Part shown: positions 28,906-40,800 of the stretch, one piece after another
How positions within the stretch are numbered: position 1 is the stretch's first letter
Layout of the letters: each line of letters begins with the position of its first letter
NCBI GenBank assembly: GCA_964016885.1
Contig: OZ024743.1
Span: forward strand, 235,290,001 to 235,354,000
Direction: 5' to 3'
Source of the DNA: Eledone cirrhosa
Lineage: Eukaryota
Length of the DNA stretch: 64,000 bases
Notes under the pieces: generated by a model
Seen by the model: only the letters and a program-made list of their open reading frames with translations
Told to the model about the DNA's origin: nothing
Database searches by the model: none
Translations under genes and position numbers: made by a program

Positions 28906-28920
28906 ACTGGATACTACTAA
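28906..28920 (+). CDS. Exon 3 coding part (TGYY*)
   Basis: Acceptor tttatttcattacAG ends at 28905. Phase 0 gives ACT GGA TAC TAC TAA, and AATAAA follows ~150 bp downstream. Confidence 0.7.
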   Translation, partial: TGYY

Positions 28921-28959
28921 AGAACACAGGCTGTTTTCTGATTCGGGATAATTATGTTT

Positions 28960-29060
28960 CTGAATATTAATTGCAATTTTTGTGAATAATAATTGCAATT
29001 TTTGTGAATAATAATTGCAATTTTTGTGAATAATAATTGTAATTTTTGTGAATAATAATT
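28960..29060. repeat. 22-bp tandem repeat in the 3' UTR
   Basis: About 4 copies of tttttgtgaataataattgcaa. Confidence 0.8.
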
Positions 29061-29073
29061 TAAATATTTTTTT

Positions 29074-29084
29074 AATAAAATAAA
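29074..29084 (+). terminator. Polyadenylation signal(s) of the secreted protein gene
   Basis: Overlapping AATAAA/AATAAA followed by a T-rich tract. Confidence 0.6.
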
Positions 29085-29636
29085 CAAACATACAACAACA
29101 ATTTATTGTTTTCCTAGATTCTTCTTCTTATTATTATTAGTCTAATCGGACAACTTTTTGCTCGCTTCCGTAAGTCCTTTTATTTACCTGCCATAATTAT
29201 TTATTGTTAAATTGTTGTTGTTGTGTAAAGGATATAAGCCCTTGGACTTTGCCCTGTGAAGGGAAAAGTATAATATTTGGGCCTTTTGGCCCAAATATTC
29301 GAACCTTTTACATTTAAAAATTATCGAAAAAAAATATGGCTGAGACACGCCCCCAGCGATATGTCTGCTGTCGTGCGACAACGACGCAAAAGTTGAAAAG
29401 AGTGTTACGGCGAACACAGAAATTGATACAACAAACACCACCACAAACAACGTGAACAAAGACAGCAATGACAACGATATTGAGAATACTAATTTTGAAA
29501 ATAATGACCACACCAACCACAACAGTAACAGCGACAACCAAAATACAGACAACAGAAAAAATGGCAACAAATGCAACAACAATATTAACACCACTAACAT
29601 GAAAACAAATAGCGACAACACCAACAGCAATGATAT

Positions 29637-30193
29637 TGTAGTGACCTACATTCCGCGGGCTCACATACATTCTCTGTTCGTGATTTGGCTCAGTTCAGCC
29701 AATCAGCGCCAGTAGAAGAAGATGTATCTCTACGCGCCCTGAGGAAGAAATTCCCCGCGAAGATTTGAAGAATCTCTCTCTTGTACCGGGAACTTCGAAC
29801 CAGCAACACGCACAATGTAACGGTGAGATTTTGCACCCTAGCCTCGCCGGCTTAACGGCGCAATGGCACATTCCCTTTTGTAACCTCTTTTTATCTGTAA
29901 CTTCAACCATATAAGTTAACAAACATTGTTTGTGCTACATCAAAAATAAACATACATTTCATCTCTAATTTCTGCTGTTGAAATCATTATTATGTTACTC
30001 GCGTCTCAATAACATCAATAATCCATGCTGCTGGAATTGGCGACCTGACGAAAGGAATATTGTAAATACAAAGATGGTAAATAGATCGAGGGACCTTCCC
30101 TCACGTCTATATCGATATTTAATCCAACGAGGATACTATCATTTTACCACACTGTCAACTAACAACACTTCATACTTCTACTACCCTGCTAAA
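29637..30193 (+). repeat. 5' LTR
   Basis: TGTAGTGACC...CTGCTAAA. About 7 differences from the 3' LTR by eye. Confidence 0.88.
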
Positions 30194-30194
30194 G

Positions 30195-30207
30195 TGGTGA
30201 CCGACGT
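30195..30207 (+). promoter_or_regulatory. Primer binding site, tRNA-Trp-like
   Basis: TGGTGACCGACGT one base after LTR1. It matches the complement of the eukaryotic tRNA-Trp 3' end (TGGTGACCCCGACGT) with a 2-nt deletion. Confidence 0.7.
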
Positions 30208-31852
30208 AAGAATTTAACGCAGCCCTTCTTTTTTATTCAGTTGAACTTTTATTGCCACGTTGCCAACCTTTTCGCAGCTTGCGAAGATACAATATATTCC
30301 TTTCAAATTTTCTTTTGAAAAATTAGCAGTATTTAAAAAATTTTTCGCCACGAGGAAATTTCAAGATGGCTACCGACAAGTCCTGGCTACACTCGACAAC
30401 AACAACGACAGCAGCAGCAGCAGCAGCGACAACATTGTTTAACCACTGACCAACGACAGGGAATAGTGAGATGGCAGCTTCATAGCCTTACCGACGCAAA
30501 CCACCACACATCGGAAATTTCAAAACGGCTTGTAACTTTACCGACGCAACCACCATACCTTCTGTCTCGTTACCACAGGGACTCGAGAAATTGAGACAGT
30601 AGTTTTCTCACCATTATGGCGTCAGACGTGGCTGCCATGTTTGGTGACTGCTACTCTACAGAAGATTCTTTGACTTTGCTTTAACAATAAGCAACACAAC
30701 CTTATGCCACACAAGGTGGCAGGACGGTAAAATGGCCACGAAAACTCACAAAAACACCATACATCTAACCCCTTACGGCATTAACAAACTTCTTTTTCAG
30801 TTTTCAGATAGAACTAGTGTCTGTACACTGGTGATGTGTGAACTATTTGACTTTGAAAAACTTTGAACTTTTCATTGAGCAATTTCTCTGCTCCCTTAGA
30901 TTGACTTTGAATTATCAGTTTGTTACATTCACATATTTCTTTGTGGAATGCATTTACTTGTTTTGTGCTCTTTTGCTATTTGCTTGCTAATGGTTTTTGT
31001 TCATTCACATACTTTGCTGTTTTACATGCCTGCATATGCACACATTTTTTTGTCACACACCAACATGTTGTTCTTGGTATATGTTCTTCAAACGTAATAT
31101 TCTGCGAGTCCCTTTTCACCTGGTTGAGGTGCTGTCACATGCTAGCAGCTCATTGAGCTTAATCCACTGGATTCAAACAGGCACCGCAACACGAGAATAC
31201 TAATTGCAGCTGAACTCAAACAGTTTTGCATCTCGTTGCACACTGATCATCCATGACGGCCTTCGTCTTGCTGTTTTTGCCCGACTCGCTGGGAAAACAG
31301 CAAATAGAACTGGACTTGTCAGCATTTCGGCCACTTCTGTGGATTCGCCCGAATTATGGAATTTACACTGCAACCCACCTACAGATTAAACTTCCGTTTT
31401 TTCTTTTCAAAGCAACCAGCCATTTTTTCCTGGCTCCCTAGCACATTCGGCAATACATCTGGGAGGCCAACATTTTCTCGCCTACTCATCATCTTCTTGC
31501 CAGCACTGGTAAACTACCATAATAGCTTCGTCCACAGCTACTGGTACAGCACTTACCATTAACATTAAATGCAAGAACAGCAACTTCGCCCATGTCAGAC
31601 TTTATCCGTTTTTGTTAGACCTTTACTGGTCACGTATAAACAACAAAACAGCTGGTCATTTGACACAGCGGCTCAACACGGCCCGTAGCGCCTCATTTTT
31701 TTTCTTGCATGCAGCCTTCTGCTCAATTATTTTTTAAACTGATGTGCTCTTTCAGCATTTGTTCTTGCTGATTCAATAATCTGTATCGACTTCCTTGTGG
31801 GTCTTTGGCTTCTTCGTTTACGATTTTCGGCTAAAAATCTGCTCGGAGGTAT

Positions 31853-32410
31853 TGTAGTGACCTACATTCCGCGGGCTCACATACATTCTCTGTGCGTGAT
31901 TTGGCTCAGTTCAGTCAATCAGCGCCAGTAGAAGAAGATGTATCCCTACGCGCCCTGAGGAAGAAATTCCCCACGAAGATTTGAAGAATCTCTCTCTTGT
32001 ACCGGGAACTTCGAACCAGCAACACGCATAATGTAACGGTGAGATTTTGCACCCTAGCCTCGCCGGCTTAACGGCGCAATGGCACATTCCCTTTTGTAAC
32101 CTCTTTTTATCTGTAACTTCAACCATATAAGTTAACAAACATTGTTTGTGCTACATCAAAAATAAACATACATTTCATCTCTAATTTCTGCTGTTGAAAT
32201 CATTATTATGTTACTCGCGTCTCAATAACATCAATAATCCATGCTGCTGGAATTGGCGACCTGACGAAAGGAATATTGTAAATACAAAGATGGTAAATAG
32301 ATCGAGGGGACCTTCCCTCACGTCTATATCGATATTTAATCCAACGAGGATACTATCATTTTACCGCACTGTCAACTAACAACACTTCATACTTCTACTA
32401 CCCTGCTAAA
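31853..32410 (+). repeat. 3' LTR
   Basis: Direct repeat of 29637-30193. Confidence 0.88.
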
Positions 32411-34173
32411 ATACAAATTGCACCGAGAACAACAACAACGGCAGCACCAAAGACACAACCAACTACAACAGTGATAACAGCAACAACACCAACTACATCA
32501 TTTGTAGCAACAGCACAAACAGCATGACTAGTAGCAGCAGTAGTGGCGGCAACAATGATGCCAATGAAAAAGGGACCATCTCTTTTGCAAAGGTGGCTCG
32601 CAACGTAGAAACAGTCCTGATAATAGAGGAGGAGATGGCGGTCGCAAGACACATGGTAACCAGAACTGAATTTTCAGTGTCCTTGAAACCACCAACCGAC
32701 TTCCCGGAGGAACAAGAGCGACGCACAGTGTCATACCGCACGATTGCCACGAAATCACGTCGTGTGGAGAGAGCCTCGGCGGCCCAAATCCAGAAGGCCT
32801 TAGGAATTGTGTGGGCACGGAAAACCCACATCACCCGAGACAAGAAATATGCTACCGTGGACGTTCTTTTTGCTACCACCAGGAAGCAAAATCACACTCA
32901 CTGAGGACCCTACGAAGTGATGAAATAACTTTAATCCCGTTTTACTGCGGGAAAAAAAATTGCAAAGGTCAGGGTAACCCAGGTTCCGCACTACGTATCC
33001 ATGCCTTGGCTGGTCCTGTCTGTTCTTGCGGGCATCGAGGATAGAACAACCATTATGCAGGTACAGAAGTTGGGGAGAGAAGACTGTTCCGGTATTGGAA
33101 TGGAGATGCTCATCCAAACCGACCAGGATTGCATCAGCGCTAATCCCGACATAATAGATCTCTGGAATGGCTCCCAAATTCCCATATCTGTGGAAGGAAG
33201 GCGCCCAAAATGCTTCAACTGTGGATCAAAGTCTCACCTCAGGGCCTTCTGCCCAGAGAAAATAACAAAGGCGAAGCCCCCCTCCTTCCAACGCCAGAAC
33301 CGCTGCCATCAGAAACAGAGCAGTCAGCGAAAAAGTCGGGATCTTCTACAGAGAGTAGGAAGACAAGGTCCGTGGCACCCACACCAAAGTCACCGTCAAC
33401 AAAAACGGCGGCGGCAGCTGAAGCAACAGAAACATTTGTACTTGTGCCAAGAACGACAGAGCAGGCTCCACCACCACCACCACCACCACCACCAACAGCA
33501 ACAAAGACAAATGAGAGGGGAGAACTCATACCCCTCCCCGACCTCTCACAGTCGAACATGGAGTGTGAGGCGCCTGAGGAGTGGAAAACGGTTGTCAAAA
33601 AAACAAAAAAACAAACAAACGCAAAAACACCACAGCTTCTCCCTCCAAAAGGGAAAGCAAAGAAAGAGGGTGTAAAGGCTGCAAGGAGACTTGAAGCAAC
33701 GCCACCACCATCACCACCACAAGCATCACCACCAACAACAACAACCACACCACCATCAGCATCACCACAAACAGCAACATCGCAAACACAACAAAGTACA
33801 CACACCCAACAGCAACAAAACCACCGCCCCCCCCTCCCAAAAGTACACAGCCATAAACATTTCACACAAAGGATTAATGGAACATATAAAACAGCACACC
33901 GATATTTCAGACTTAAATTACCACACCCCACCAACACCAAGAACATTACCCAAAAACATTACAATTGTCGCAATTAAACCGGAAGACTATAAACAATTAA
34001 AGCAAAAATTCCCCAACGAAGTTAGGGATTTCAGGGGGTCACTCTCCAAAAGAATATATACAGATATCATCTTGGAGACACCCATGACCAGCCGAAGGGA
34101 AGGTTCTACTGTCTCTTCCTCACACGATCAAGGTAAGTGATCCTTTCTCACTTACCCTATTTCCTCATCTAGC

Positions 34174-37100
34174 ATGGCCGTACTTAGAATAGGTAGTATA
34201 AATGTAGGTGGCCTGGGGTCATCTTGGAAGCAGGGTCACCTGCTGAACGACCTCAGATCACTAAACATATATGTGGTGGACATCAGTCTACGCACCGATC
34301 TTCGGCGGCTACGATGTATACGCATCTCCCAGTCGTCCGGGATCGGGGGAGGAGTTGCTGTGCTCTTTCGGAGAGGCTTGGATCTCGCCATATGGGCCAT
34401 CTTCCTGGACCCAGAAGGTAAGTCGGTGGTATTGGACGTGACCGGCAGCGAAGGCAATGCTTTCAGGATAGTAGCCGTCTACGCCCTAACAGGGGCAGGA
34501 CGGCCAGATTTCTTCAGACGTCTAGAGACCTTTCTTGGAACGTCCCGCTCTTTAGTGTTAGTGGGCGACTGGAACCGTATCTTAGATGCATGGTGGGATT
34601 ATGTGGGGATAGTAGACAGGGGGTGGGGGTGGTGTAAAAGCCTCAACAACCTGTTCAGACGTTTTGAACTGTCTGACAGGTATAGACTGGATTATCCGAA
34701 TGTGCCAATGTGGCCATGGGCAAACCGCATCGGGTCATCCAGATCGTATCTAAATACGGTATTCTGTAGGGAAACAGATAAGGCTAGTGTAGGATGTCCA
34801 CAATTTAAAATAGTCGACTATACGGACCACACATTTGTAATCTGGGAAGTTGACTTGGATAGACTCTATAGGTAAGGGCCCGGTTACTGGAAGCTGAACG
34901 CGTCGTTCCCGGCGCGCAAAGCTTACAGAGACCGGATTAGCGAATTAGTTAAGCGTGCGTTGACAGGTGCGATCGTCAACAACAGGTGGTGGTTTACCGC
35001 GAAAAGGGCTATTAGAGTAGAATCGATAAGGCTTAGCAAAGGAGTAGTGATAGAGGAAAATAGGGCAGAGGGAGAGCTAGTTAGAAAGTTAGAAGAGGCG
35101 TTTAGGACAGGCATCGCAACAGACGTGATTGCGGCGAGATTGACACTCGATCAATTCTTCAACGCAAAGCCTGAAGGCTGCGTTGTCAGAGCTAGAGCGC
35201 GTACTCTAAGACGCGAGGGGACGAAAGCCGTTCAAATGGCCCGGGTGGTGGAGGCGCGACGTGGTAACAAATCCAAAATTCGGTCTTTGCCTGATCAAAA
35301 CGGGTGCATGTTGCTCGAACCTGAGCAGGTGTTTGCTGCTTTTCAACAGCATTTTGCTCAATTGTTCGGGAGCGGCAGCGGGCCGGATCGGAGTATGAAC
35401 TTCGGTGCATACCTCGACGGACTGCCGCGGCTATCGCAGTGCTGTGAAAAGCCGATAACAGCAGGTGAAATACGGGAAGCGATGTCTGACTGCAAGAGGG
35501 GTAAATCGCCAGGTTTGGATGGTCTGCCCTACGAGCTTTATGCGTACATGCCAGACTTGTTCGGCGACCTCTTCGCAGATGTCTACTGCAACTGGCAGCA
35601 GAACGGGAGCATTCCCAGTTTTGTGAGCTGGGGAGCGGTGGCGCTGCTGAGAAAAGACCCGAACAAGGGGGACGTTATAGACAACTTCAGGCCCATAAAT
35701 CTGCTAGACGTAGAGTTCAAGATTTGGGAAAGGTGTTAGCAAATAGATTGGCACTTGTCGTCGGTGATCTGGTGGGAGAGGCGCAGACATGCACAATTCT
35801 GGACAGATCCTCCCACGACAACCTCCATCTCATGCGGTACATCATAGAGAGGGTGGTTAAGGAACCTGGCACGGGTTGGGCCCTGATCAACTTGGATCAA
35901 TCTAAAGCATTAGATAGGGTCGACCATCGGTACCTGGCTGCGGTCCTCGGTGCGGCCGGCTTCGAGCCCGTTTTTAGGGGCTGGATCGCTGCGATGCACA
36001 GCGACATCTGCTCGATTGTGAGAGTGAATGGTCACCTATCGCAGCCGTTCAGCATCATGCGCTCGGTCCGCCAGGGTTGTCCCCTCTCGTCCCTCTTGTA
36101 CGTACTGGCCCTCAAGCCATTACTGCACAAATTGGAGACCATGAGGGGGGTCCCACGCGAACTGAGATGCGGGAGATCCGTGTCAGCTTACGCCGACGAC
36201 GTCATCGTGGGGGTGTCGAGCACCAAACACGTCCAGATGCTCGGCACCGCTCTCAAGGAATACGAAGCGGTGACAGGAGCAAAGATAAACCGGGAAAAGT
36301 CGGTGGGCTTGCAACTCGGCACCTGGAGAGGCAAGTCGATGCCGTACCACAGCGTCGTGGGCGCTGGACGGAAGGATCGGTTAAATGTCTCGGGGTCTGG
36401 TTCGGTCCGGACCTCCAGATGGAGAAAAACTGGAGCGAAGTGACGATCAGGGTGGCCTCTCTCACCCAGAAATGGGCCGAGAGGAGCCTGTCTCTGAAAG
36501 GTCGGGCGAGGGTGGCGAATGCGTACATCGCGTCCCATCATCTATTACCAGCAGACCGTCGTGCCTTGGCCCCGCCTAACTTTGACCAAAATGGTGCGCC
36601 TTCTATTCCGCTTTTTGTGGACATGCTCCCATGGTCAGACGATCCATTTGCTGTCAACACCCGTTGCGTGGAGGACTAGGCATGCCGTGGCTGATGATGC
36701 GCAAACATGCGCTGAGGCTGCAACATTTCTGGTGCTTCCTTGATGGTGAACAGGTGTGGTCGCCGTTTGCCAGACGCGCTTTTCCCCAGCTCGACTCCTT
36801 GACGGAGCTGCAGTTCTGGATCAAGAAAAGAGCGAGGGATAGCGCTTGGAAGCTGGAATGTCTCCAAGCGCTCACCGCCCTCTACCAGCTGGGCACTAGT
36901 ATGGCTGGAACATCCACCTCGGCGTTCTATAGAAGGCTAGTGGAGGGAAAGAGCGACGACGTTCTCGGGGAGACCCTGGGCGTCGAAGACGATCAGCTTT
37001 TCGCTCTCTTCAAGAGAACTTTCAGACCGGGGCCTATGGACAACTTCCAGAAATCCCTGGCCTGGCAGTGCTACCGGGGAGCGTTGCCGGTTCGGGATAA

Positions 37101-37545
37101 GCTCTACAGGCGCGGAGGTGCTGTCAGCCGAGCCTGTCCGAGATGCGTGCAGGGCGACGAAACCGTCCTGCACGCACTCGTTCAGTGCCCGAGGATTACT
37201 GACTTGTGGAGCTATGTCGAACAGCTATTGCAACGTGTAGGACGGATCCGGTTATCGACTGAGTCCATTGTGCAGATAGCCCCGCCATCCTACTTTAAAG
37301 AGGAGGAAGGGCAGGCAGTTTTCATCTGCCTGGTGGCCATGGCAAAAGAGATTGTGTGGTGGACAAGGTTGGAAGGGTTGAAGACGGATACTTTCCTCTC
37401 CGGCCAATCCCTGATTAACTTTTTCAAGTTTCACTTGAAGAGGAAAGTCAGGGTGGAGATGCAAGTGCTGTCTTCTAGTTGAAAGATGGGTAAAACTGGC
37501 GAGTCTGGTCCGAGTGAACGGGCCCGCTCTGAGTATGCACCTGTA
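34174..37545 (+). pseudogene. Tx1/L1 ORF2: APE endonuclease, RT, C-terminal zinc-binding domain (frameshifted)
   Basis: SINVGGL, LVGDWN, TDH, KSPGLDGLP, FRPINLL, RQGCPLS, YADD (36189), GGLGMP, CPRC..ETVLHALVQC. Confidence 0.9.
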
Positions 37546-37808
37546 GAGTGAGGAGTGGGAAAAGTGAGAGAGGGCGCCTGCCCTGGTGGTCAGGGTGGCC
37601 GTTGTCTTTTGTGTGGTTTTCACCACGAGTGACCCTCGGAGGTTTCCCCTTTCTTGGGGAATTTTTGTTGTTTGAATTTTTTTGATTTCTAGTCCGATTT
37701 TGTTATAACCCGTTTGCACGACCAAAACCCACTTTGTATCGTCCTGTACTGTTCTGTGCCGTCTCTAATGTTTTTTTCATGTTAGCCCTTGTGGCCAATA
37801 AAGAAACC

Positions 37809-37815
37809 ATTATTA

Positions 37816-37855
<40 letters not shown>

Positions 37856-40800
37856 AGTTGCATTTATCTTTATGTTCATACGTATTATCTTTATGTTCAT
37901 ACATATTATCTTTATGTTCATACGAGTTATCACCAAGTCACAACCAGTGACCTCAAGAGACAACAAGGTCCGCCATGTTCAAGGAAGAACATACATACTC
38001 ACACATGCATCTTTAGTGTTTAGACTTGTGATGTACTTATATTGACAGAATCTTCTTTAGTATATGGGCAGTTCCCATTAGTACTATCTTTTGTATTTCT
38101 CCTATACGCGGGTTTCCTGGGATCTGCGATAAGTAATCATTAGACCCCTTAGGTATCATTCCCAGAGCGCCTACAACCACTGGTATTGTTTTAGTTCTCA
38201 ATTTCCACATTTTTCCAATTTCTATTTCCAGGTCCTTATACTTGCTCAATTTTTCAAATGTTTTTATAGATACATTCTTGTCTATTGGAACAGACATATC
38301 AATTAGCAGGCATACCCTCTTTTTAAAGTCCTTCAATATTATATCAGGTCTATTTGCATCTATTTTTCGGTCTGTTTGGATGCTAAAGTTCCACAAGATT
38401 GAGATGTGATCTTTTTCAAGTATGGGAGGTGGTTGATGCTCCCACCAATTCTTTTGATGGGGCAGGTCAAAATGCTTACACATTATCCAATGTATGTATT
38501 GTGCAGCTCTGTCATGCCTGTTTAGGTATTCGGTTGGAGCTATAGGACTGAACATTGAAATTATATGATCAATGGTCTCTGGTTGTTTTTTACATACACG
38601 GCATAATGGGCTGCATCCATTTTTTATTATGTTGGCTTGGTAATTTTTTGTTGGCAGACACTGATCTTGTGCTGATATAATCAGTCCTTCAGTCTCCGAT
38701 TTCAGTCCAGAGGATGCCAACCACTAATGGGTTAAAGTTTTGTCAACATCAGGATTGTTAGCTCGCTCTGGGTATTTTCCATACAGAGGCTTTTCTTGCC
38801 ATTTCTTAGCCAGTTTCTGTAGCAGTTCTTTCTTTGCAGTTACTTTTACCTGCTTTGCTTTTTCTGTGTTTTCCATTTCAGCAGTAAATGGGACTTCTGA
38901 AATTTGTAGTCCATTACTGTATCTTTGTGCATCTTTTGTAATGGAATATGATCTTTTGATGCTTTCGTGTTTCAAAACGAGTTTGATCATCCAATCATGT
39001 GATTCCCTTAGATATGTAGATAATCCAATTGTTGCAGTTTTCAACGCAATGTCTAACTGGATTAACCCACGTCCTCCTTCTTTCCTAGGGAGATATATTC
39101 TATCTATATCTGCCTTAGGGTGATGCATTCTGTGCATGGTTAAGAATTTTCGAATTTTTGTATCGAGCCTACGGATCTCTGTGCTTGACCAGTTGATGAC
39201 ATTGTAACTGTAGGTTACTACTGGTATGGCAAGCGTGTTTATGGCATCGATCCTATTCCTTGCAATCAATTCCGTTCTTAAGATTGCTCTTACTCTGCGG
39301 TAACATTCCTTCCTTATCCTTTCCCTCATTGTCGAGTGCTTGATTCCGTCTCCTTCACAAACACCTAGATATTTGTAAGTTTTTTCTTGATCAAGTTCTC
39401 TTATCACGTTCCCCCGATCAAGATTAATGTCTGAACTCTTCAGCAGCTTTCCTCTGGTGAACGTTGCTTTGGCGCATTTATCTCGTCCAAACTCCATTTT
39501 AATGTCATCACTGAACTGCTCCACAGTGGATAATAGCCCTTGCAATTGTTCATCATTTTTTGCAAATAGTTTCAGGTCATCCATGTAGAACAGGTGATTA
39601 ATGGTTTTGTCATAGACTTTATATCCATGTTTTGTTTCATTGAGCATTTTACTTAATGGTATAAGTGCGATGCAGAATAAAAGCGGTGATAAAGAGTCAC
39701 CCTGAAAAATTCCACAATTAATATTAACTTCTCCAGCTTCCAGTGATTTTGTTTCACTATTCAAAAGGAGTGTCGTTTTCCATGTCTTCATACTGAATGA
39801 CAAAAACCTCCTGACAACGGGGGATATTTTGAAAATCTCTAAACATTTTTCAATCCAACTGTGTGGCAAACTATCGAATGCTTTTTTATAATCTATCCAA
39901 GCAATCGATAGATTTTTGTGTCTATTATGACAATCTTCCAGTATCATTTTGTTAACCAGAAGCCGATCCTTACAGCCATATGAGCCTCGTTTACACCCTT
40001 TCTGCTCAATGGGAAATAGGTCATTTGTTATCAGGTGGTCATATGTGTATTCAGTTAGGACTGATGTTAAAATTTTATACATTGTGGTCAAGCAAGTTAT
40101 CGGTCTGTAATTTTGGGGATTGTTTGTCTCATCATTCTTCGGAAGCAGGAATGTAATGCCGTTAACTAGCCATGATGGTATCTTTTCTGGCTCCTTAACT
40201 ATTTCATTGTAAAGTTGGGCTAACAGCTCATGAGACTCTGTGAAGGCATTTATCCAAATGTTTTGTATTTTGTCTTTTCCTGGAGATTTCCATTTGCTGG
40301 TTTTTCTTAGAGCCAAGCGCAACTGTTCAACTGTTATATTTTCCCATATTTGTTCCTCAAGGTGAGCTGTATCTTTCATTTGTCTGTCTATCCATGGGGC
40401 ATGTATGTTATGAACTTTTTCTTCGGCCCAGATCTTTTCCCAGAATTCTTGCACTTCCTCCTTGGGTGGTATTGATTTAGCAGTTATTGTTGACTTACCA
40501 ATTTTTCTGTAGAAGTTTCTTTGGTTGTTTTTGAACATATTATTGTCCTTATAGAATCTAGATCGTTTTTCAAAGCGCCTTATACGAGCAGCTTTGGCCG
40601 ACACTTTTTGCTTGATTATTTCTATCAGCATGTCTATGTCACATGTTGATTTTATACTGTACTTTTTTTTCAATTTTCTAAGTTTAGTTTGTTTAACATG
40701 TTCACCTACTTTATAGTTTGTTAAAATTTCTATGTCAGATCGGAGAAGGTTTATTTGGCGATTGATGTTCTCTTGCCAAGTAGATTTCTTGTGGGAATTC

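Larger units (their letters stand above)
29637..32410 (+). mobile_element. Non-autonomous LTR retrotransposon (TRIM/LARD-like)
   Basis: Two ~557-bp direct repeats starting TGTAG, a PBS after LTR1, a short purine tract (GGAGG) before LTR2, and a 4-bp TSD ATAT (29633-36) / ATAC (32411-14). No recognisable gag or pol inside. Confidence 0.85.
29336..34140 (+). pseudogene. Tx1-type ORF1 (gag-like): N/T/D-rich N-terminus, zinc knuckle, Pro/Thr-rich tail
   Basis: CFNCGSKSHLRAFC at ~33211-33252 and several frameshifts. The N-terminal frame rejoins across the LTR insertion (..NTNSND|TNCTENNN..MTSSSS). Confidence 0.72.
29140..37808 (+). mobile_element. Full-length degenerate Tx1/L1-clade LINE (ORF1 + ORF2), interrupted by an LTR element
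   Basis: ORF1 has a CCHC knuckle and ORF2 has APE, RT and zinc-binding regions. The 3' end is GCCCTTGTGGCCAATAAAGAAAC then (ATT)n. The 5' boundary is inferred from the (TTA)n at 29128-29139. Confidence 0.8.

Noticed and set aside
38724-38726. Programmed stop-codon readthrough in the Dong ORF
   Set aside because: A single C-to-T change (CAG to TAG) explains it, and the related element at 43363-45354 is open through this region.
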